This document shows positions 48,891-59,206 of a stretch of DNA of 64,000 nt, in pieces. Numbering within the stretch: the first letter of the stretch is position 1; the number at the start of each line of letters is the position of its first letter. The notes under the pieces are model-generated. The model searched no databases and was not told the origin of the DNA. It was given only the letters and a program-made list of their open reading frames with translations. Source of the DNA: Acidobacteriota bacterium (GTDB lineage Bacteria; Acidobacteriota; UBA6911; RPQK01; JAJDTT01); NCBI GenBank assembly GCA_965263035.1, contig OZ253580.1, forward strand, positions 5,152,001 through 5,216,000. The letters are read 5' to 3'. The position numbers were made by a program, and so were the translations under genes.

Positions 48891-51047
48891 TTGACCAAGC
48901 GGTCACCATTCCTTCCGGTGTTCCTCCTGTCCCTTGCCGTCTTGGAGGCGGCTCCGGCTTCCCCCAGTTTCCGGAACGACGTCCTGCCGATTCTGAGCAA
49001 GGCGGGCTGCAATTCGGGTCCCTGTCACGGTGCGCTGGCGGGGAAGAACGGGTTCCGGCTCTCGCTTCGCGGATACGATCCGGTCACCGACTACTTTTCC
49101 CTCACTCGGGAGGCGCTGGGCCGCAGATTGGTCAAGATGGCGCCCGCCCGGAGCCTGATTCTCTTGAAGCCGACCCTGACCCTTCCCCACGGAGGAGGGA
49201 AGCGCTTCGAGGTCGACTCTCCCGAATACCGGGTGATCGCGGCTTGGGTCGCGGCGGGAGCGCCGGCCCCGAATCCCGGCGACCCGGTGATCGAGAACAT
49301 CGAAGTGAGTCCCGAGAAGGTCCTGCTGAACAAACCCGGTGACACGGTCCAGATCTCGGTGCGGGCCCGATTCTCGGACGGGAGTTCCCGGGAGGTGACG
49401 CGCCAGACCAAGTTCAGTTCCACCAATGAAGGGGTCGTCTCCGTAGGCGATCAGGGTCTGGCCACCGCCATGGGCCATGGAGAGGGCGCGGTCTCCGTCT
49501 GGTATTCGAGCAAAGTGGCCTTCTCCCGCGTGACGGTGCCTCATGAACGCCAACTGGGTCCGGAAGTCTTCGGGCAGGCTCCCCGCAACAACCGGGTGGA
49601 CGACCTGGTTCTGGCCAAACTCCGCGAACTGCGGGTTCCTCCCTCCCCGCTGTGCGACGACAACACCTTCGTCCGAAGGGTCCATTTGGACACGCTCGGA
49701 GTGTTGCCGAGCCGGCAGGATCTGAGCCGATTCCTTGCGGATACGCGCAGTGACCGGCGGGCGCGCCTGATCGATTCGGTCCTGGAGCGGCCCGAGTACG
49801 TGGATTACTGGACCTACAAGTGGTCCGATCTGCTCCTGGTCTCCAGCCGCAAGCTGGAATCGGCCGCCATGTGGTCCTACTACGACTGGATCCGGAATGC
49901 GGTAGCCGAGAACCGTCCTTGGGACCGGTTCATCGAAGAACTGGTCACCGCCACCGGGAGCAATCTGGAGAACGGGGCCGTCAACTACTGGCTGATCCAC
50001 CAGCAACCGCAGGAGATCACGGAAAACCTGAGCCAGGCGTTCCTGGGGATCTCCCTGACCTGCGCCCGCTGCCACAACCATCCCCTGGAGAAGTGGACCC
50101 AGGACCAGTACTACGGGATGGCCAACCTGGTCTCCCGAGTACGGCTCAAGAACGGTCAGGCCGCAGGCGAAGTCACCCTGGTGCCGCGGCCGGTGGGAGA
50201 GGTCAACCATCCCCGCCTGGGACGGCCCATGCCGCCGCAGCCTCTGGACGGCGATTCCCTGGCGCTGGATGATCCGTCCGATCGGCGGCGCCACCTGGCG
50301 CGCTGGCTGGTGGGCAGCGAACACTTCGCCCGAAGCCTGGTCAATCGAGTCTGGGCCCATTTCTTCGGGCGGGGCATCGTGGACCCGGAGGACGATCTCA
50401 GGGCCACCAACCCGGCGTCCAACGAGGCTCTCCTGTCGGCTCTGACCCGGGATTTCATGGACAACGGACACGACGTCAAGCGTCTGATCCGAACCATTCT
50501 GAACTCGGCCACCTATCAGCTCTCCTCCACGGCAAATCCCGCCAATCGAAACGACGAAGAGTACTTCTCCCACCATCGGAGCCGCCGGTTGCCGGCCGAG
50601 GTGGTGCTCGACGCCATCTCCCAGGTCACGGAAGTCCCGGAGGAGTTCGAAGGCTATCCCCTCGGGACCCGGGCTCTCCAGTTGCCGGAGACCCAGGTCG
50701 AGTCCTATTTCCTGGATTCCTTCGGCCGTCCTCCGCGGCTGTCCTCCGGAGCCGACGAGCGCAAGGGCGAAGCCAACGTGGCCCAGGTCCTTCACCTGAT
50801 CAACGGAGGGACGCTGAACCAAAAGCTGAGAGCCGAGGGAGGCGCCGTCGATCGGTTTCTGGATCTGGAGCTTCCGGCTCCGGCACTGGTGGAGCAGGTC
50901 TATGCGACGGCCCTCTCGCGCCGGCCGAGCCGGCCTGAAATCGACCGGCTGGTCTCGGCACTGGATCTGGGGCAGGTCAGCCGCGAGGGCATCGAGGACC
51001 TGTTCTGGGCCGTCCTGACCAGCAAGGAATTTCTGTTCACTCACTGA
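48891..51047 (+). CDS. DUF1549/DUF1553 (PSD1-type) protein with Ig-like domain
   Basis: SFRNDVLPILSKAGCNSGPCHG, CARCHNHP, NRVWAHFFGRGIVDP, RRLPAE, EDLFWAVLTSKEFLFTH. Confidence 0.92.
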   Translation: MTKRSPFLPVFLLSLAVLEAAPASPSFRNDVLPILSKAGCNSGPCHGALAGKNGFRLSLRGYDPVTDYFSLTREALGRRLVKMAPARSLILLKPTLTLPHGGGKRFEVDSPEYRVIAAWVAAGAPAPNPGDPVIENIEVSPEKVLLNKPGDTVQISVRARFSDGSSREVTRQTKFSSTNEGVVSVGDQGLATAMGHGEGAVSVWYSSKVAFSRVTVPHERQLGPEVFGQAPRNNRVDDLVLAKLRELRVPPSPLCDDNTFVRRVHLDTLGVLPSRQDLSRFLADTRSDRRARLIDSVLERPEYVDYWTYKWSDLLLVSSRKLESAAMWSYYDWIRNAVAENRPWDRFIEELVTATGSNLENGAVNYWLIHQQPQEITENLSQAFLGISLTCARCHNHPLEKWTQDQYYGMANLVSRVRLKNGQAAGEVTLVPRPVGEVNHPRLGRPMPPQPLDGDSLALDDPSDRRRHLARWLVGSEHFARSLVNRVWAHFFGRGIVDPEDDLRATNPASNEALLSALTRDFMDNGHDVKRLIRTILNSATYQLSSTANPANRNDEEYFSHHRSRRLPAEVVLDAISQVTEVPEEFEGYPLGTRALQLPETQVESYFLDSFGRPPRLSSGADERKGEANVAQVLHLINGGTLNQKLRAEGGAVDRFLDLELPAPALVEQVYATALSRRPSRPEIDRLVSALDLGQVSREGIEDLFWAVLTSKEFLFTH

Positions 51048-51071
51048 TCCACCGCGGGACGGAAATTGAAC

Positions 51072-52370
51072 ATGGGTGTGCGTTCTTGCGTTCCGGCCTC
51101 TCTGGCGGGGGCTCTGCTCCTGGCCGCGATGACCTCGGGGAGTGCCGGAGGCCGCATCGGACCGGCCCCGGCGGCGGCGGCCAGCAGAATCCTGGCCCGG
51201 GAGTGTTACTCCTGCCACAACCAGGTCAAGCGGGCGGGAGCCCTGAGCCTGCACACCTACCAGACCCTCATGAAGGGCGGGAACAACGGTCCCGCGCTGG
51301 TCCCGGGTCGGAGCGATGAGAGTCGGATGATCCGGATGGTGGAGGGCCTCCTGGAGCCCACCATGCCCGAGGACGGGTTCCTTGCCGACCAGGATATCGA
51401 AGTCCTTCGCGCCTGGGTCGACGCCGGCGCTCCGCCCTGGGAGGGCGATCTGGGAAGAATTCGCCTGGAGCGGCTTCCCGACATCCGTCCTGCTGAAACG
51501 GTCCGGCCGGAGGTGGCGAGTCTGGCTTTTCATCCCGGCGGAAAGATGGTCGCCGCGGGCAGCTACCAGGAGATCCGGCTGCTCCGGCTCGGGGGAGAAG
51601 TCGAAGGCCGGCTGACCGGATTGGCCGAGACGGTGCGTTCCGTCGCCTTCAGCCCGGATGGGTCGAGGCTGGCCTCGGGTGCCGGAATGCCGTCCCGCTT
51701 CGGAGAGGTCAAGATCTGGGACCCGGTCGCCCGGGAGCTGGTCCGAGGCTGGGAAGGCCACACCGATTGCATCTACTCGGTGGCATTCAGTCCCGACGGG
51801 TCGGTGCTGGCCACGGCCAGCTACGATCGGCTGATCAAATTGTGGGAGGTGAAGACGGGTCGGGAGATCCGAACCATCTCCGGACACGTGGATGCGGTCT
51901 ATTCGTTGGCCTTCAATTCCGCGGGCGACCGCTTGGCCTCGGCTTCGGCTGACCGCACGGTCAAAGTCTGGGACGTGGCCAGCGGACGGCAGTTGGGGAC
52001 GCCACTTTCAGGCTCGACGGCCGAGCTCTTCGCCATGGCGTTCTACCCGGGCGGCCGCCGGATCGCCGCCGCCGGAATGGACAAGATGATTCGGATCTGG
52101 GATCTGGGCGCGGACGGCGGCAGCCTGGCCGGTTCCGTCTTCTCCCATGACGGTCCGGTCGTCGACCTCTCCCTGACGCCGGATGGGAACACCTTGATTT
52201 CGGCCGGCGCCGACGGACGAGTCAAATTCTGGGATGCCCGCTCTCTGGAGGAGAGGAAGGCCCTGGAGGCTCAGCCGGACACGGTCCTGGCCCTGGCCGT
52301 CAGCCCCTCCGGAGAGACTTTGGCCGTGGGCCGCTACGATGGGATCGTCGTCTTCGAGCCGATACAATAG
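51072..52370 (+). CDS. Planctomycete-type cytochrome c domain + WD40 repeat protein
   Basis: CYSCH, LVPGRSDES, MP...WVDAGA; WD repeats GHTDCIYSVAFSPDG...IKLWE. Confidence 0.92.
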   Translation: MGVRSCVPASLAGALLLAAMTSGSAGGRIGPAPAAAASRILARECYSCHNQVKRAGALSLHTYQTLMKGGNNGPALVPGRSDESRMIRMVEGLLEPTMPEDGFLADQDIEVLRAWVDAGAPPWEGDLGRIRLERLPDIRPAETVRPEVASLAFHPGGKMVAAGSYQEIRLLRLGGEVEGRLTGLAETVRSVAFSPDGSRLASGAGMPSRFGEVKIWDPVARELVRGWEGHTDCIYSVAFSPDGSVLATASYDRLIKLWEVKTGREIRTISGHVDAVYSLAFNSAGDRLASASADRTVKVWDVASGRQLGTPLSGSTAELFAMAFYPGGRRIAAAGMDKMIRIWDLGADGGSLAGSVFSHDGPVVDLSLTPDGNTLISAGADGRVKFWDARSLEERKALEAQPDTVLALAVSPSGETLAVGRYDGIVVFEPIQ

Positions 52371-52382
52371 CCGAGCAAGCCA

Positions 52383-54965
52383 ATGATGGAAATAACAGCC
52401 CGTGGTAAAAGTCGTCACGGCATTCGGCCGTCCCTGCATCCCGGCGGACTGCGTTGCGACTCGTTCACATACTCCCGGTACGCTCCCTCATCGCGCCTTG
52501 TCCGGCGGGCGCAGGACCGGTCTCGGTGCTCGCGGGACTTTCACCACGGGCTGTCAAGGTCGATATTTCGGGGATTTCTCATCGTGTCGCTGGTGGCGCC
52601 GCTGTTGGGCCAACACCCGCCGCCGACCCTGAACTCAGTAGTTCCTCTGGGTGGGCAGCGGGGTACCAGCGTCACGCTCCTGCTGGATGGGACCAACCTG
52701 GGGGAGGTCCGGAGGATCCTTTTTGATCACGAGGGTCTGGACGCCGTCATCGAGAGGCAGCAGGAACTGCCCAACCCGCGAAAGATGGTCGAGGGGCAGA
52801 CCCGGGCCCTGATCCTGGACGGCGCGTCCCGGAACCGTCTCTGGGTGCGGGTCGACGTCGACGGGTCCGTTCCGGCCGATCTCTATCACTTCAGGGTGTG
52901 GACGCCCTTGGGGGTGAGCAATCCGCTTCCCTTTGCCGTTGGAGAATTTCCCGAGGTGGAGGAGACCCAGTTCAACGACACTCCCCGGCAGGCCCAGCCC
53001 GTTTCGCTCCCGGTGACTGTCCGGGGGGACATTTCCAGCACCGGAGACGCGGATCACTTTCGATTTCGTGCTCGGGAAGGCCAGCATCTGGCCTTTCGCG
53101 TCATCTCCTCGCCCTTGGGATCGATTCTGAATGCGCAGCTGCAGCTTTTGGAAGAATCGGGAAAACCGGTGGAAGGGTGTGTTTCGCGGTCCGGCAAGCA
53201 GGCCTTTCTCAGTTGCAAGATCCAGGACAGTGGAGCTTTTATCATCCGGATCGCCGACAAGAACCGCGTCGGAGCCATGAGCGGTTACGATTACCGGCTC
53301 GAAGCGGGCGAGTTCCCGCTGTTGGAAGGCGTGTTCCCGCTGGGAGTCCAAGCGGGAAAGGAGACCCGTCTCGAGGTCTGGGGCTCCAATCTGGGGGACG
53401 CCGACTCGGTCCCCTTCACGGCTTCGGAAGAGCAGGCGGGACAGATCGTCCCGCTGGCCGTGCCGCCGGCCGCCAATCGGCTGAATTTGGCTGTCGGAGC
53501 TGATCCTGAAACACTGGAGACAGAGCCCAACAATACTCGGGAAACGGCCCAGCAGGTGAGCTTGCCCGTCACCCTGAACGGACACGTCCACTCCCTGGCC
53601 GGCAGCTCCGCTCCGTCAGGTCCGGATCAGGATCTGTTTCGATTCGAAGCTCGAAAGGAACAGGTCCTGGTTCTGGAGGTGGAAGCCTCCAGGCTGGGCT
53701 CCTCCCTGGACTCCCTGGTGGAGATCTGGGACGCCCAGGGCCGGCCGGTCCGCCGGGCGGAAGTGCGCTGCCTCGCCCAGACCGAGGTCGTTCTCAGCAA
53801 TCGCGACTCGATCCAAGGGTCGATGCGTCTGGGATCGACCGAGGATCTGGCGCTGGACGATTATCTGATGGTCGGCTCGGAGATCGTGCAGATCAAGGCC
53901 ATGCCGAGAGGTCCTGACGACGATGCCCGGTTCAAGTCATTCCGGAGTGTGCGGCAGGCCCTGTTCGGGACCACGGCCGAGGGTCACGCCGTGGGAGACC
54001 CGGTCTACAAGGTTCGCTTGTTTCCTCCGGGCACCCGCTTCAGCGCCAACGGGATGCCCGTATTTCAGCTCAACTACCGCAACGACGACGGAGGGCCGGG
54101 ATACGGCCGTGACTCGAATCTGGAGTTCACGGCGCCCGCCGATGGAACCTACCTGGTGGCCCTGCGGGATGCTCGTGGCCAGGAAGGCGCGGACCACCCC
54201 TACCGGCTGACGATCCGGGAGCCGAGTCCCGATTTTCGGATGGAGCTGCCCTCGCGCCGCTCGGGCCGCATTTTGAGCGGCACCGGAGATTCGACCCACT
54301 TCAACCTTCCGGCCGGGGGGCGTCTCACCGTCGATGTCGCGGTGCGTCGGCTGGACGGATTCGACGGACAAGTGCTGGTGCAATTGGAGGATCTTCCCGC
54401 GGGCGTCAGCGCCGGGACTGCAGTGGTTCCGGCAGGCGCCGACTCCACCGTGATTCTCCTCGAGGCGTCCAGCGGGGCCTCGTTCGCTCCGACCCGGGTG
54501 AGGATCGTGGGGCGAGCCGAGGTGAATGGCCGTGAGTTGGTCCGAACCTTGGAGAACGATGCGGGGATACTTCTCGCTGTCAACACGGTGTCCGATCTCA
54601 CCGTAGCCGTCGACCGCCGGGAGCTTCGCCTGGAGCCCGGGAAGGAGGCGCGCATCCGCGTCGACATCGACCGCCTCGGAGAGTTTGGAGGCCGGGTCCC
54701 GGTCGACGTTCGCAACCTCCCCTACGGGGTCCGGGTGCTGCACGTGGGGCTGAACGGCATCCTGGTGACGGAAGAGGAGAGCAGCCGTGTTTTCACCCTC
54801 TATGCCGAACCCTGGGTGAAACCCCTCGTCCAGCCCATCTATGTCGTCGCTCGAGTCGAGACGAACTCGCCCATTCCCCTGGAGCACGCAGCGGCGGCAG
54901 TCCAACTTCAAGTCGTCGGCGCTCCGGTAGCGGAACGATCAACGGCAAGTGGAGGAAAGCGTTGA
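52383..54965 (+). CDS. PPC-domain (pre-peptidase C-terminal) repeat secreted protein with an in-frame MITE in its signal peptide
   Basis: PLGGQRGT, ETEPNN, DQDLFRF, SRLGSSLDS, FTAPADGTY, YRLTIR. Confidence 0.88.
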   Translation: MMEITARGKSRHGIRPSLHPGGLRCDSFTYSRYAPSSRLVRRAQDRSRCSRDFHHGLSRSIFRGFLIVSLVAPLLGQHPPPTLNSVVPLGGQRGTSVTLLLDGTNLGEVRRILFDHEGLDAVIERQQELPNPRKMVEGQTRALILDGASRNRLWVRVDVDGSVPADLYHFRVWTPLGVSNPLPFAVGEFPEVEETQFNDTPRQAQPVSLPVTVRGDISSTGDADHFRFRAREGQHLAFRVISSPLGSILNAQLQLLEESGKPVEGCVSRSGKQAFLSCKIQDSGAFIIRIADKNRVGAMSGYDYRLEAGEFPLLEGVFPLGVQAGKETRLEVWGSNLGDADSVPFTASEEQAGQIVPLAVPPAANRLNLAVGADPETLETEPNNTRETAQQVSLPVTLNGHVHSLAGSSAPSGPDQDLFRFEARKEQVLVLEVEASRLGSSLDSLVEIWDAQGRPVRRAEVRCLAQTEVVLSNRDSIQGSMRLGSTEDLALDDYLMVGSEIVQIKAMPRGPDDDARFKSFRSVRQALFGTTAEGHAVGDPVYKVRLFPPGTRFSANGMPVFQLNYRNDDGGPGYGRDSNLEFTAPADGTYLVALRDARGQEGADHPYRLTIREPSPDFRMELPSRRSGRILSGTGDSTHFNLPAGGRLTVDVAVRRLDGFDGQVLVQLEDLPAGVSAGTAVVPAGADSTVILLEASSGASFAPTRVRIVGRAEVNGRELVRTLENDAGILLAVNTVSDLTVAVDRRELRLEPGKEARIRVDIDRLGEFGGRVPVDVRNLPYGVRVLHVGLNGILVTEEESSRVFTLYAEPWVKPLVQPIYVVARVETNSPIPLEHAAAAVQLQVVGAPVAERSTASGGKR
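52396..52553. mobile_element. 158-bp MITE, family A, copy 2 (inverted relative to copy 1)
   Basis: CAGCCCGTGGTAAAAGTC...GACTTTCACCACGGGCTG; flanks ATAA/TCAA (imperfect duplication). Confidence 0.9.
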
Positions 54966-56266
54966 AACCGTTTCGATTCCAAAGATCGCAGGAACTGTAC
55001 GAGGAGGCTTGCAAGGTTCTGGCCGGTGGCGTCAGCAGCCACTTTCGGACCATGGGACGGCCCCACCCCATGTTCTTCTCCGAAGGGAGGGGAGCCCGGG
55101 TCCGGGACGTGGACGGCAACGAGTATCTGGACTTCACCCTGAGTCAGGGTCCCATGCTGTTGGGACATTCCCATCCGGAGGTGTTGGAGCGGGTCCGGAT
55201 CGAGCAGTCCAGGGGACAGCTTTTCGCGGCCCAAAGCGAGCTGGAGATCGAGCTGGCCCGGCTGCTGACGCAGATCCTGCCCAGCGCCGACCTGGTTCGG
55301 TTCTCCAACAGCGGGTCCGATGCGGCCCACGCGGTCTTTCGCATGGCCCGGGCCCTGACCGGAAGGCGAAAGATCCTCAAGTTCGAGGGCCACTACCACG
55401 GCTGGTTCGATGACATCTTCGTGGACGTCAAGCCGGAAGCGGACGGATCCGGATACCGGACCTCTCTCCTCACGGGTGGACAACCCGCCTCGGTTCTGGA
55501 TCAGGTCGTCGTCCTCCCCTGGAACGATCTGGAGGTGGTCCGGGAGACCTTGGAGCGGGACCCGGAAATCGCCGCGGTGGTGACCGAGCCCATCATGTGC
55601 AACAACAGCTGCATCTTCCCCGAGCCCGGCTATCTGGAGGGGCTTCGGGAACTCTGCACCCGTCACGGCGTGGTGCTCATCTTCGACGAGGTCATCACCG
55701 GTTTCCGTGTCGCGCTGGGAGGCGCACAGGAACTGCTGGGAGTCCAGGCCGACCTGTCGATCTACGGGAAGGCCATGGCCAGCGGCTTTCCCCTCAGCCT
55801 GGTCGCCGGAAAACGCCCGTTCATGGAGTGCTTGGCGGACGGCCGGGTGGTCCACGCCGGGACCATGAACGCGAATATCCCCGTGCTGGCAGCTTCTCTG
55901 GCCTCCGTGGAGATCCTGAACCGCGAGCGGCGTAGTTTGTACCCAAGAATCACTCGGCTGGGCCGGCAGCTCATGGAGGGCCTTCGGGCCCGGGCTGGGG
56001 CTCGGGGTCTCCCCATACTGGTCCAGGGGCTCGGCCCCATGTTTCACACCGGGTTCTCACCGCTGGAATCGATCCGGAATTTCCGCCAGTGCGCCAGCTA
56101 CGATGCGGGGCTTGTGGATGAGTTGGCCTTTGGACTCCTCAGAAGAGGGGTTCGGATCATCGGAAGAGGGCTCTGGTTCGTCTCCGCTGCGCTCACCGAG
56201 GAAGACGTGGATACGGTGCTGGAGACGGCGGATCAGGTCTTCGACGAGATGGTCCGGGATTCCTGA
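54962..56266 (+). CDS. Class III aminotransferase (glutamate-1-semialdehyde aminomutase-like)
   Basis: DVDGNEYLD, FEGHYHG, LIFDEVITGFR, YGKAMASGFP, HAGTMN. Confidence 0.92.
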   Translation: MKPFRFQRSQELYEEACKVLAGGVSSHFRTMGRPHPMFFSEGRGARVRDVDGNEYLDFTLSQGPMLLGHSHPEVLERVRIEQSRGQLFAAQSELEIELARLLTQILPSADLVRFSNSGSDAAHAVFRMARALTGRRKILKFEGHYHGWFDDIFVDVKPEADGSGYRTSLLTGGQPASVLDQVVVLPWNDLEVVRETLERDPEIAAVVTEPIMCNNSCIFPEPGYLEGLRELCTRHGVVLIFDEVITGFRVALGGAQELLGVQADLSIYGKAMASGFPLSLVAGKRPFMECLADGRVVHAGTMNANIPVLAASLASVEILNRERRSLYPRITRLGRQLMEGLRARAGARGLPILVQGLGPMFHTGFSPLESIRNFRQCASYDAGLVDELAFGLLRRGVRIIGRGLWFVSAALTEEDVDTVLETADQVFDEMVRDS

Positions 56267-56377
56267 GGGCTGGAAGTCCCTTGCAATTCCGGGTTCTCCA
56301 CCGAATTCGGGCCGTATCTGGCCTTTCCGGAACGACTATGTTAAAAATAGATGAAATTTCCCATCAGGAGGGATGCG

Positions 56378-57046
56378 ATGCGTGGTTTTAGATTCATCTT
56401 TCTTTCTTTGGTCATCCTCTCGATCTCGGCTTGTTCCGGGCCGACCGGAGGAGACGTCGCCAAGGCCCCGGAAGAGAAGCCCGAGCCGCCACCGCCTCCA
56501 TCGGGGGACCCGGTTGTCACCATTCAGACCATCAAGGGGGACATCGTCGTACGCCTGCGGCCCGATCTGGCGCCCACTACCGCCGAGCGGTTCAAGGTCA
56601 TGGCGATGGCAGGATTCTACAACCGCTCCACTTTCCACTACGTGAGCAAGGGCTTCATCCAGGGAGGCGATCCGTTCTCCAAGGACAACGATCCCTACAA
56701 CGACGGTAAGGGCAACGCCGCCGAGTGGATCACACCCGAGTTCAGGGAGGACTACGAGGTGGGCCGGGGAGCGGTGGGCATGATGCGCAAGGACACTCAA
56801 CCCGACTCGTCGAGTTGCCAGTTCTTCATCGTCTTGCGCCGCAAGAAGGAATGGGACGGCAAGTACAACATCTTCGGCGAGGTCATCGAAGGGATCGAGA
56901 CCGCTGACGTCATTGGCGATTCTCCCATCGTGAAGAACGACCGCAAGCTGAACAATCATCCGACCGCCAAGATGACCATCAAGCGGATGAAGGTGGACTA
57001 TCGGGAGTTCCCGGAAGAGGCCGCAGCGGAAGCCACCGGGGGATAG
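56378..57046 (+). CDS. Cyclophilin-type peptidyl-prolyl isomerase, lipoprotein
   Basis: Lipobox ISAC; GFIQGGDP, GAVGMMR, CQFFIV, DGKYNIFGEVIEG. Confidence 0.9.
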   Translation: MRGFRFIFLSLVILSISACSGPTGGDVAKAPEEKPEPPPPPSGDPVVTIQTIKGDIVVRLRPDLAPTTAERFKVMAMAGFYNRSTFHYVSKGFIQGGDPFSKDNDPYNDGKGNAAEWITPEFREDYEVGRGAVGMMRKDTQPDSSSCQFFIVLRRKKEWDGKYNIFGEVIEGIETADVIGDSPIVKNDRKLNNHPTAKMTIKRMKVDYREFPEEAAAEATGG

Positions 57047-57317
57047 TCGGGCGTCCGTCCGAATCGCCAGGGGCCAAGTGGCCCGACCAAAACTGAAATG
57101 CGGTCCGTCTGAAATCGGGCCGGCCGGAAGGTCTATTCGTGCCCGGCTTGGTTGAATCTTACCGGACTCGCACTTCGGCGTGACGGTGGAAGTTCCTCCG
57201 AAAAATTCTTCCCAAAAACCTTCCCGGCTTACGTTCGTCGCTGTCGGTATGTCCGGTCTTTTACTGGTGCCGCCGGCGCCTGCGCTGGGGAGACGTCAAT
57301 TTCCCATCCGTTTCGAT

Positions 57318-57347
57318 TTGACAAGCTTTCGGGGGGTTTCGTACCTT
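57318..57347 (+). promoter_or_regulatory. Putative sigma70 promoter upstream of the SDR gene
   Basis: TTGACA-N18-TACCTT. Confidence 0.5.
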
Positions 57348-57430
57348 GACACGCTGTTGAAGAGATCCTGTGCCTTGCCGATTCCTGAAACAGGAAGCGT
57401 GGCCGGGGCGGGAAAGCAAGGGGAGTAAGG

Positions 57431-58189
57431 ATGAGCTTGTCAGGCAAAGTCGCCCTGGTCACGGGCGCCAATCGGGGGATCGGACGGGGTTGTGCCCTGG
57501 AGATGGCCCGCCGGGGTGCGGACATTGCCGTCAACTACCGGAGCCACGCCGACGAGGCGGAAGAGGTCGCGGGGGAGGTCCGATCCCTGGGCCGGCGGGC
57601 CATCGTCCTGCAGGCGGACGTGTCGGACCGCCAACAGGATCGGGATCTGGTTTCCGCCACTGTGGAGCAACTGGGGCGACTCGACATTCTGGTGGCCAAC
57701 GCCGCGGTCAGCAGGCGCAAACCGTTCGTGGAGCTGAGCGTAGAGGACATCCGGTTGACCCTGGATGTCTGCCTCTGGGGTGTGATCCATTGCTGTCAGT
57801 TGTCCGCCCGGCAGATGTTGTCGCAGGGCCAGGGTGGCAACATCGTCATCATCAGCTCGGTCCACGCCTACCTGCCCATCGTGAATTCCATTCCCTACAA
57901 TATCGCCAAGGCGGGCATCAATCACATGGGCCGGACCCTGGCCCTGGAACTGGTGAGCGACGGGATCCGGGTCAACGTGGTTGAGCCCGGCTGGATCGAC
58001 ACGCCTGGAGAGCGCAAGTACGCCACCGACGAGCAGATTCGGGAAGCGGGTAAGAAACTTCCCATGGGCCGTCTCGGGACCATCGAGGAAATCGGCAAGG
58101 GAGTCGCCTACCTGGTCAGCGATGACGCCAGTTACGTGACCGGATCCATCCTCCGGATCGATGGAGGCTTCGTGCTTCCCCGTCCCTGA
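57431..58189 (+). CDS. SDR family oxidoreductase
   Basis: TGANRGIG, VANA, YNIAK, VTGSILRIDGG. Confidence 0.95.
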   Translation: MSLSGKVALVTGANRGIGRGCALEMARRGADIAVNYRSHADEAEEVAGEVRSLGRRAIVLQADVSDRQQDRDLVSATVEQLGRLDILVANAAVSRRKPFVELSVEDIRLTLDVCLWGVIHCCQLSARQMLSQGQGGNIVIISSVHAYLPIVNSIPYNIAKAGINHMGRTLALELVSDGIRVNVVEPGWIDTPGERKYATDEQIREAGKKLPMGRLGTIEEIGKGVAYLVSDDASYVTGSILRIDGGFVLPRP

Positions 58190-58259
58190 TCGGCACCCAT
58201 CCTCGCCAACCAGCTGGCGGCGGTCCCACGCCGTCTTCAACCCGAAGGAGACAACTGTC

Positions 58260-59206
58260 ATGTTTCGTGTTTGTCGATACGAGAAGAGCGGCCGGCCTGT
58301 GCCCTCTATGAAGACGAACGCCTCGTCGATCTTCAGGATCTGGAACGCCATCGCAACGGCGGCCGCGCCGCGTCAGCCGTGGACTGGGAGAACTCTCTCA
58401 CCTTTCTTCCCCATCGCGGCGCGTCGGAACTGGGACAGAATCTCTACGCGTACTGGAACGGACTGTCCGGCGGGGACCGATCGACGCTGGATCTGGCGAC
58501 GAACTCGGTCCGGCTCCTTCCCCCCATGCCCATCCCTCCCAAGTTCCTGCTGCTTGCCGGCAACTACGCCGAGCACATCGAGGAGGGAGGAATGAAGGCC
58601 GAGGAGCGCGAGGATACCTTCCCGTATGTCTTCTAAAAGCCGCCGACCACGACCCTGAGAAGGTCGGGAGACGCGGTCATCATCCCCGCCATCTCGCCCG
58701 ATTTCATGGACTGGGAAGCGGAGCTGGGAGTGATCATCGGAAAGCGGTGCAAGGGGGTGCCGGCCGCTGACGCCCTGGGAGTGGTGGCCGGCTACACCGT
58801 CATCAACGACATCTCCAACCGGAGATTCCGGCCCAATCCCAATCGGAAGCAACGTCCCCGGGACGGGTTCTTCGACTGGCTTCACGGCAAGTGGTTCGAC
58901 AGCTCCGCCCCCGCCGGGCCTTGCATCACCTCGGCCCAGGACTTGTCCGATCCCCAGGACTGCTTCCTGCGCCTGGACCTCAATGGCGAGATCCAGCAGG
59001 ATTCCCACACCAGCCGGATGATCTTCAGCGTCGCCAAGGTCATCGAGTTCATCTCCAGCTTCGTGACCCTGGAACCGGGAGATCTCATCTCCACCGGAAC
59101 CGCGGCGGGGGTGGGAAAAGCCAAAGAGAAGTTCCTGCGTCACGGCGACCAGGTGGTGGCCCGGATCGATCACATCGGCGATCTGGTGAGCCACATGCGG
59201 AGCGAG
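58260..59206 (+). pseudogene. Fumarylacetoacetate hydrolase family protein with a frameshift and an in-frame stop
   Basis: MFRVCRYEKSG then a frame change near 58295; LAGNYAEH; FPYVF*KPP (TAA 58634-58636); DWEAEL, GYTVINDIS, LEPGDLISTGT; original stop not seen. Confidence 0.8.

Noticed and set aside
58634-58636. In-frame stop considered as recoding (Sec/Pyl)
   Set aside because: The codon is TAA, and the gene has a second lesion.
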